Under the pieces are notes generated by a model that did no database searches, was not told the origin of the DNA, and saw only the letters and a program-made list of their open reading frames with translations. DNA of 32,000 bases from contig NZ_CP046566.1 of NCBI RefSeq assembly GCF_009740285.1, positions 3,044,658-3,076,657 of the forward strand, written 5' to 3'. Shown in pieces: positions 26,191 to 32,000 of the stretch. How positions within the stretch are numbered: position 1 is the stretch's first letter; each line of letters begins with the position of its first letter. This stretch comes from Phnomibacter ginsenosidimutans. GTDB lineage: Bacteria; Bacteroidota; Bacteroidia; Chitinophagales; Chitinophagaceae. A program made the position numbers and the translations under genes.

Positions 26191-27114
26191 TTAAAGCGCT
26201 TTCTGATAGGATAGTTTCATGACAGGTTGTTGGTCCATGACGTCAACACTGCAGCAAACGAGATATCCGTGTTTTGCCACGCTGTAATCAAGACAAATAG
26301 CAACATTGTTTTCAATAGACGGCTTTCCTTTCAGCCAATAGTGTCCGAAAAATACAGGCACATGATCTGTGTATGAAAAAGGTTCGACATCATCCGGTAA
26401 GCTTTCATTCGCCAATTCAGGAGGACAATCCATCAGATAGTGATTGAAATCGATTGGAGCTGCTTTTGGCGTCCACCATTTTATTCTGCTTTCATTGCGC
26501 ACCACTCCTCCTTTATCTACGAAAAAATGCCCCGCAGGCAACGTGTATTCCTTGCCCTTCAGTGTTTCGTTGATGACGGTAAATACTTCGCCCCGATTGC
26601 TTTTATCATTGGCCAATCGAAGGATATCGGTATTGATACCTGTATAGTTTTCCTTCAGCCATTGAATGTACTTTGCATCCCAACAAGCATGCACCACTCG
26701 TATGTAGCCAAGATCGAGAAACAACGGCAGCGTTTTGAACCAATCAAGAAAATAAAGCCATTCCTGCTCTACGTGTTTAAACTGTTTGAGCGTATCGATG
26801 TGTTGCTCAATTTCCGTAAGCGAATGATCCCGGAAAAATCCGCCTTTCTCGATGTGTGGCGTATGAAAACTAATGGCGTTGAATTCATGGTTGCCCATCA
26901 CCGCCAAAGCGTTGCCCGCATCGCACATGTCTTTGATGAGATGCAATGTCTCCCGTATCATCGGACCTCTGTCAATGTAATCTCCCACAAAAACAGCTTG
27001 TCTTCCCAGCGGGTGTGCGTACACCCCTCCTTTCCTTTCGTATCCCAATTGCTGCAACAGTATTTCCAACTCCTGCGCATACCCGTGTATATCGCCGAAA
27101 ACGTCGTATTTCAT
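26191..27114 (-). CDS. Metallophosphoesterase (PPP-family Ser/Thr phosphatase / ApaH-like)
   Basis: 307 aa. Motifs seen: DVFGDIHG, FVGDYIDRGP, GNHE. Confidence 0.85.
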   Translation of the reverse strand: MKYDVFGDIHGYAQELEILLQQLGYERKGGVYAHPLGRQAVFVGDYIDRGPMIRETLHLIKDMCDAGNALAVMGNHEFNAISFHTPHIEKGGFFRDHSLTEIEQHIDTLKQFKHVEQEWLYFLDWFKTLPLFLDLGYIRVVHACWDAKYIQWLKENYTGINTDILRLANDKSNRGEVFTVINETLKGKEYTLPAGHFFVDKGGVVRNESRIKWWTPKAAPIDFNHYLMDCPPELANESLPDDVEPFSYTDHVPVFFGHYWLKGKPSIENNVAICLDYSVAKHGYLVCCSVDVMDQQPVMKLSYQKAL

Positions 27115-27398
27115 GATACAAGTTTACTATGTAAAATACCAACCTATTTGCGAAGCGGATTTTGCCGTTAGCCGAATAGCAGGACTAATCGGCTCATAGC
27201 AATAAAAAAATAGCGATCACCTTTATGGCATAACCTGCAAAGGATTTGCAACAGCTATTGGAAATTGGCGCCTTTATACCAGCCGGAAACGCAGACGGAA
27301 GAAGTACCAGCTATTTGTTGAATAGGTGAGGATACTTTGCAAATAGACTGCAATCATTTGCAGGGAACTTTGTTCCCTTTCAATAAATCCAACCCGGT

Positions 27399-27812
27399 AT
27401 GCTTTTCAACCCGCCACAATGTTCCATACAAACAGAAACCGAAGTACAGGTAGATGAAGCCACCCGTTTGGCCCTCTCGGCTCAACATGCCGAAGAAGGA
27501 CAGGTTATTTTGCATGTTACTTATAACAGCACTGATGTAATGGAATGGATTCGAATTTGGCCCACTACCTATTTGGTGCCAATTCCAGCAAGCGAAAAAG
27601 TGCAACTGATACACGCATACAATATTGGCATTTACCCCAATTGGCTGACAATTCCAGCCAATAAACCACACATCTTCACTCTGGTGTTTGGTGCTCTTCC
27701 TAAATCCTGCACAAGCTTCGATTTGTGGGAAAAGATACCTGAACCGGGTGGGTTCTTGATCCGCGATATTCAACGGAATAAGTCAGATGTGTACCACCTC
27801 ACGATGCATTAA
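27399..27812 (+). CDS. Hypothetical protein
   Basis: 137 aa with globular-looking composition. I preferred it over the overlapping antisense ORF 27354..27773. Confidence 0.4.
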   Translation: MLFNPPQCSIQTETEVQVDEATRLALSAQHAEEGQVILHVTYNSTDVMEWIRIWPTTYLVPIPASEKVQLIHAYNIGIYPNWLTIPANKPHIFTLVFGALPKSCTSFDLWEKIPEPGGFLIRDIQRNKSDVYHLTMH

Positions 27813-27905
27813 TTGCATCTCAATGTACTTTTTTTAAATTACTCCAACGATGTTCTTTCAGTGGTGTTTCTTGTTATGTAATTTATTTTTATAACTGTTT
27901 ACTAC

Positions 27906-29126
27906 CTACCGGTACAACCCCATAATCTTCGACATATCATCTTTGATTTTCGAGGCTACTACTTTGGCGTAATGCTGCGTTTGTTTAATGGTAGCATGCC
28001 CCAGCATTTTACTCACCGACTCAATAGGAACACCATTGCTCAACGTAACGGTTGTAGCAAATGTGTGCCGGGCAAGGTGCATGTGCAACGGCTTTTCAAT
28101 CCCTGCCATTACGCCGAGTATTTTGATGCCCTCATTCATTTTTTGGTTGGAGGAAACATACCACATGAAATCTCTGATATCGCCTGTAGGGCTGTAAGAT
28201 TGGAGAATGCGGGCTGCAGCAGGCAGCAAGGGAATAATACTTTGTTCACCTGTTTTTTGCCTTGCTTTGATGATGTAATACGTGCCATCCTTTTCCTGAA
28301 AAATATGCTCACCTTTCAAACCCTTTAAGTCTACATAGGCAAGACCAGTATAACAGGCAAACAAAAAGATATCCCGCTTACGGGCCATGTTTCTGTCTCG
28401 TAATTCTAATGCCACCAGCTTATCAATTTCTTCCTGATTGAGAAAGCCGGGATACACCGGTTTCAAGCGGAGTTTCAATTCCCGAAAGGGATCATTTTTT
28501 ATCACACCAGCTCTTATAGCGGGCAGCAGTACAGTTTTTACAAACGACAAATGTTTGACTGCCGTATTGTGTTGCAGATTGCGGGTGGTGCGCAGGTATC
28601 GAAAATACTTTTCGAGAAAATGCGTGTTCAAGCGGTTGATGCTATAGTTCCGCACTTTGAATTCTTTCATCAGAAATTCTTCCATGTGCAACACACTGCG
28701 CCTGTATTTTTCATACGTGGCTTTGGTAACGTCCACCCCTGCACGAAGCTTTACTTTTTCGGCTCCTTCCCGCAAATAGTCAATAAGTAATTGCGGACGT
28801 TCTTCTTTGCCCTTGATTTTATCAATCAATTCTTCCAGGCTAAACACGTCGCCATTGAACCGCAGCTGATCAAATGCATTGGCGGCTTTCCGGTGCAGCA
28901 TTTCCAGATTGCGGTTGCCTTCGGAAGCCATTTTTGATTTGCGGTCAAATTTTCCCGCGGATACGTTCCAGTCTTTGCGGCTGCAATACAATCCTGTAAA
29001 AAGATCCCTTCGCTCATTGCGAAAAGTGATTCTTAAAATGATGGGATATTGTCCCTGTTTGTTTGGCGAGCTGTTCCTCAGCATGTAGCCAAATCGAATG
29101 TCCATGAAATCCAACATAACGGTCAA
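27906..29126 (-). CDS. Tyrosine-type site-specific integrase (Bacteroidota-style, N-terminal arm-binding plus SAM-like plus catalytic domains)
   Basis: 406 aa. YPIILRITFRNERRDLFTG (N-terminal domain), LARHTFATT and MLGHATIKQTQHYAKV (catalytic R...HxxR...Y). The start is uncertain: TTG 29126, or ATG 29117 or 29105. It lies adjacent to the 3' end of tRNA-Ser. Confidence 0.9.
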   Translation of the reverse strand: MTVMLDFMDIRFGYMLRNSSPNKQGQYPIILRITFRNERRDLFTGLYCSRKDWNVSAGKFDRKSKMASEGNRNLEMLHRKAANAFDQLRFNGDVFSLEELIDKIKGKEERPQLLIDYLREGAEKVKLRAGVDVTKATYEKYRRSVLHMEEFLMKEFKVRNYSINRLNTHFLEKYFRYLRTTRNLQHNTAVKHLSFVKTVLLPAIRAGVIKNDPFRELKLRLKPVYPGFLNQEEIDKLVALELRDRNMARKRDIFLFACYTGLAYVDLKGLKGEHIFQEKDGTYYIIKARQKTGEQSIIPLLPAAARILQSYSPTGDIRDFMWYVSSNQKMNEGIKILGVMAGIEKPLHMHLARHTFATTVTLSNGVPIESVSKMLGHATIKQTQHYAKVVASKIKDDMSKIMGLYR

Positions 29127-29205
29127 TCATTTTGATAATTAAAATTGACGTGTTGGTGGAACTTAGAAACATGCAAAATGAAGCATAACGCAGCAGTCTA
29201 AAATG

Positions 29206-29262
29206 CCCAAAAAAAATGTCTCTAAAATCACACCAAAACGTGGTGTGATTTTAGAGACATTT
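29206..29262 (-). terminator. Intrinsic terminator candidate downstream of tRNA-Ser
   Basis: Perfect 22-bp stem (29214-29235 / 29241-29262) with a 5-nt loop. On the minus strand it is followed by a run of 8 T, the complement of the A-run 29209-29216, whose last three positions fall inside the stem. Confidence 0.55.
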
Positions 29263-29339
29263 GCACTTTTCCAGAAACTCAAATAATGTATAAAACGTTG
29301 ATTTGCAGCGTTTTGCAGCGTTTTTCGCAGTGTAAAAAG

Positions 29340-29426
29340 CAGAGAGGAAGGGATTCGAACCCTCGATACAGTTTCCCGTATACCCGCTTTCCAGGCGAGC
29401 CCCTTCAACCACTCGGGCACCTCTCT
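29340..29426 (-). tRNA. tRNA-Ser (anticodon GGA)
   Basis: The minus strand reads AGAGAGG-TG-CCCGAGTGGTTGAAGGGG-CTCGC-CTGGAAA-GCGGG-long variable arm-GAGGG-TTCGAAT-CCCTT-CCTCTCT-G. It is a class II tRNA with cloverleaf pairing checked by hand. No CCA is encoded. Confidence 0.9.
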
Positions 29427-29551
29427 GTATGGGGCGGCAAAGCTAAGGTTTGAGAGCCAGTGCACAAAACAACAGAAAATCATCATTATCCTTTTACCTG
29501 CCCTATAACTCGTTTTGTGTTTTGCTTTTATCAATATCTTGTCCGCCAACT

Positions 29552-31006
29552 ATGCGATTCGTTTTGTCAAAAAATGGCTGGCTCCAGTTGGGTAGTCTGG
29601 CCCTGTTTATTTTCCTGTGGGCTGCCAATCCATTTCAGCTGCAGCCGCTGGCACAAAAGGCCGTAGCCTGCGCCGGGCTCATGGTAGCACTGTGGGTTAC
29701 CGAAGCATTGCCCATGGCCGTTGTGTCCTTATTGCCCATTGTGTTGTTTCCGCTGTTGGGTATTTGCAGCACCGCCGATGCTGCAGCCCCCTACGCCAAC
29801 CCTGCCATTTTTTTATTCATGGGTGGGTTTATGATTGGCCTCGCCATCGAAAAATGGGACCTGCATCGTCGCATTGCACTCAATGTAGTGCGGTTTACAG
29901 GCACCAGTGGCAACCATATTATTCTCGGTTTTATTTTGGCCACCGGTTTTTTAAGCATGTGGCTCAGCAATACCGCCACTACCATGATGATGTACCCCAT
30001 AGCCATGAGTGTAGTGCAGGTACTCGAACGCAATCGTGAAAATGACGCAGCCATTCGCAACATGGGCATTTGCCTGCTCTTAAGCATTGCCTACGCCAGC
30101 AACTTTGGCGGCATTGCCACCATTATTGGTACGCCGCCCAATGTATCGTACACTGCATTTCTGAAAAAAACCTATGGCTACACTTTTCAGTTTGCCGATT
30201 GGATGATTATTGGCGTACCCATTTCCATCATCCTCATGTTTACCCTGTATTGGGTGATGACCCGTGTGCTGTACCGCAACCAAATTAAAAGCAATGCCGC
30301 TGCACGGCAAGTAATACAACACGAACTTCAACAATTGGGCCGCATGAGTGTACCCGAAAAAAGAGTGCTCGTTATTTTTTGCCTCACCGCATTTCTCTGG
30401 ATTTTCAAAGACCTCATTAATGCCAAACTGCATACCAGTTTCGATGACAACCTGATAGCCGTAATGGGTGCCATACTGCTGTTTGCCATGCCCAGTGGCG
30501 ATACCAAAGGCATTGGCCGACAGCTACTCGAGTGGACCGACACCCACAAAATGGCATGGGGCATTTTGCTGCTGTTTGGCGGCGGCATTTCGCTGGCCAA
30601 CCAGCTCGATGAAGTAGGCATTATTGACAGCCTGGGTAAATGGATGGCTGCCAGTGCCGGCAGTAACCTGTTTGTATTGGTGCTGGTGATAACGTTGGTG
30701 TCCATTTTCGTTTCCGAAATACTGAGCAACGTAGCACAGGTCATTGTATTTGCACCCGTGCTAGCCGGTATGGCCGATGCCATGCAGCTCGATCCATTGC
30801 TATTGGCCACGCCCATGGTGCTGGCCGCCAGTTGCGCCAGCATGCTGCCCATGGGTACTCCGCCCAATGCCATTGTGTTTGCCAGCGGCCGCCTCCGCTT
30901 GTCCGACATGATTAAAACGGGCCTGGTGATGAACCTCATAGCCGTTATCCTCATTACCCTGTTTTGTTATTACCTGCTGCCCTATGCCGTAGCACACATC
31001 CGTTAG
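29552..31006 (+). CDS. DASS/SLC13-family anion (di/tricarboxylate or sulfate) transporter
   Basis: Polytopic membrane protein with the SNTATTMMMYPI and GTPPN motifs typical of DASS transporters. I placed the start at ATG 29552 (MRFVLSKNG...), because the track start 29450 lies only 24 nt from the 5' end of the tRNA gene (29426) and adds a non-protein-like leader. Confidence 0.8.
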   Translation: MRFVLSKNGWLQLGSLALFIFLWAANPFQLQPLAQKAVACAGLMVALWVTEALPMAVVSLLPIVLFPLLGICSTADAAAPYANPAIFLFMGGFMIGLAIEKWDLHRRIALNVVRFTGTSGNHIILGFILATGFLSMWLSNTATTMMMYPIAMSVVQVLERNRENDAAIRNMGICLLLSIAYASNFGGIATIIGTPPNVSYTAFLKKTYGYTFQFADWMIIGVPISIILMFTLYWVMTRVLYRNQIKSNAAARQVIQHELQQLGRMSVPEKRVLVIFCLTAFLWIFKDLINAKLHTSFDDNLIAVMGAILLFAMPSGDTKGIGRQLLEWTDTHKMAWGILLLFGGGISLANQLDEVGIIDSLGKWMAASAGSNLFVLVLVITLVSIFVSEILSNVAQVIVFAPVLAGMADAMQLDPLLLATPMVLAASCASMLPMGTPPNAIVFASGRLRLSDMIKTGLVMNLIAVILITLFCYYLLPYAVAHIR

Positions 31007-31356
31007 CGTTATGTTTTTATTGGGGCTGTCAGCTGTAGTGCAATCAGCAGCTGCAGTTGGGGCTATCACTTGTAGTGGCCTTCGTGCCTCAGGCCAGCTA
31101 CCCGTTCTATCCCCCAGCCCTTCAGCGGTGTGCTGCTATGTTGCTTACCACCCAAAAATCAACCAGCCCACGGATGTTGCCGTGAGCTGAATGGTTGGTA
31201 CTAAAATTCTGGGAGAGTAGTTCTGAACAGAAAAATACTACCCTTTTTGTAAGCAGTTGGTTTTGCTTGTACACAGGATGTGAAATAAGAAATAGCGAAT
31301 AAGGAATAAGAAATAAGGCAGTAGGCAACTTGACTCACCTCGAACACAATCTTCTT

Positions 31357-31509
31357 TGTGCTCCTTCGTGCTCAAAATAATAGTTTGCAGTAGTCAATTT
31401 GGTGCCCTGTAAATTGTATACTGCCAACTGCCACCTCTTGGTGCTCTTTCGTGGTTCAAAGAAACTCCGTGCTCCTTCGTGCCTCCTTAGCGTCTTCGTG
31501 GTTTCAAAA
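31357..31509. repeat. Cluster of short REP-like repeats with the core CTTCGTG
   Basis: GTGCTCCTTCGTGCTCAAAA (31358), GTGCTCTTTCGTGGTTCAAAG (31441), GTGCTCCTTCGTGCCTCC (31469) and GCGTCTTCGTGGTTTCAAAA (31490). A further CCTTCGTGCC lies at about 31080. Confidence 0.6.
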
Positions 31510-31513
31510 TCCC

Positions 31514-32000
31514 TCAAATCTTATACTCAATAAACCCCTTATTAATCGTTGCTATTTTTCTTGTCCGGCGAAATACGCCCACGCCTTCGCGGCTGCCGCC
31601 ATCATTGGTATTGCCTTCTATCACGGTAATGAATCCACCCTGCACACTTTCTACAATGCCGGTATGGCCCAATCCACCACCAAAACTCATGATGAATATT
31701 TGCCCCGGTTTTATCAGTGCCGGATTGTTCACCGCTTCTTCCGCCGTTATTTTTTTGCCGGTGGTTTTATTCCAATGTGCCAGTACGCCGCCGGTTTTTA
31801 CCAACGGGTTGGGCTTTTCTGCCGCCAGTGCTGTTTCTTCAAAACACCAATACACAAATGCAGCACACCATGCCGCCGGAAAGTTGATATTGACGGTTTG
31901 CAAATACTTTTTAATGCGTGGCCCCCAGTTGCTGCCGCTGGGTTGCTCCAGCACCCCAATTTCGCCACGGGCCGTTTGCAATACGGCTTCTATCCACTTG
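31514..32000 (-). CDS. CHAP / NlpC-P60-like cell-wall peptidase domain protein (5' end probably beyond the window)
   Basis: PAAWCAAFVYWCF (catalytic Cys context), GLGHTGIVESV (His) and VIEGNTNDGG are typical of CHAP domains. The frame stays open upstream of the TTG at 31981 to the window edge. Confidence 0.6.
   Translation of the reverse strand, partial: KWIEAVLQTARGEIGVLEQPSGSNWGPRIKKYLQTVNINFPAAWCAAFVYWCFEETALAAEKPNPLVKTGGVLAHWNKTTGKKITAEEAVNNPALIKPGQIFIMSFGGGLGHTGIVESVQGGFITVIEGNTNDGGSREGVGVFRRTRKIATINKGFIEYKI

Noticed and set aside
26440-27171. 243-aa plus-strand ORF
   Set aside because: It is antisense to the metallophosphoesterase CDS (GDIHG / GDxxDRG / GNHE). It is likely a shadow ORF.
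27354-27773. 139-aa minus-strand ORF
   Set aside because: It overlaps the 137-aa plus-strand ORF almost completely. The plus-strand translation looks more globular. Neither is strongly supported.
29450-29551. ORF-track start of the transporter at 29450
   Set aside because: It is a non-ATG start only 24 nt from the 5' end of tRNA-Ser (29426). The added leader, beginning MRASAQNNRKSSLSFYLPYNSF…, is not membrane-protein-like. ATG 29552 is preferred.
30328-30954. 208-aa minus-strand ORF, plus other ORFs overlapping 29617-31069
   Set aside because: They are antisense to, or out of frame with, the DASS transporter CDS. They are typical shadow ORFs in a moderately GC-rich membrane-protein gene.
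31122-31517. 68-aa and 60-aa minus-strand ORFs
   Set aside because: They lie entirely within the CTTCGTG repeat cluster. The translations (…RRHEGARSFFEPRKSTKR…) are repeat artefacts.
1-32000. CRISPR arrays, rRNA genes, transposase/IS elements
   Set aside because: I saw no regularly spaced direct repeats with unique spacers, no rRNA-like conserved segments, and no DDE or HUH transposase motifs in any long ORF.

Overview
The window is a mosaic accessory region. By eye, AT-rich blocks (about 1-10800, 10920-11270, 12900-19290, 19900-20700, 21880-24540) alternate with moderately GC-rich backbone-like blocks (11270-12900, 20700-21880, 24540-32000). There is also one strikingly GC-rich, apparently non-coding block (about 19300-19850). 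The integrase type, lipoprotein genes and frequent TTG starts suggest a Bacteroidota host, but that is inference only.

Recognisable backbone genes are rmuC, an agmatine-deiminase-family gene, a metallophosphoesterase, a tyrosine integrase next to tRNA-Ser(GGA), a DASS-family transporter and a CHAP-like peptidase.

The strongest candidate for a new system is a tightly coupled five-gene minus-strand operon (10770 down to <1). In order it encodes:
- a 1169-aa Upf1/DNA2-like SF1 helicase;
- a 413-aa protein carrying W-[DN]-[WYF]-x-x-[LI]-S repeats;
- a 1085-aa protein with about 20 of the same repeats fused to a DarT (DUF4433) ssDNA ADP-ribosyltransferase domain;
- a short DarG-like macrodomain protein;
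- a second, RecD-like helicase gene that runs off the left edge and is missing from the ORF track.

Other items worth a second look:
- two copies of a perfect 19-bp palindrome (ATTGTAAT-N3-ATTACAAT) in two divergent promoter regions flanking a WYL-domain regulator, next to small proteins that look like single domains of DNA-metabolism enzymes;
- a 127-nt tRNA-like element;
- a roughly 600-nt GC-rich non-coding block;
- a coupled ABC/OLD-like ATPase plus HDR-motif protein pair.

All homology statements come from motif recognition by eye and recollection of family signatures. No searches were run.
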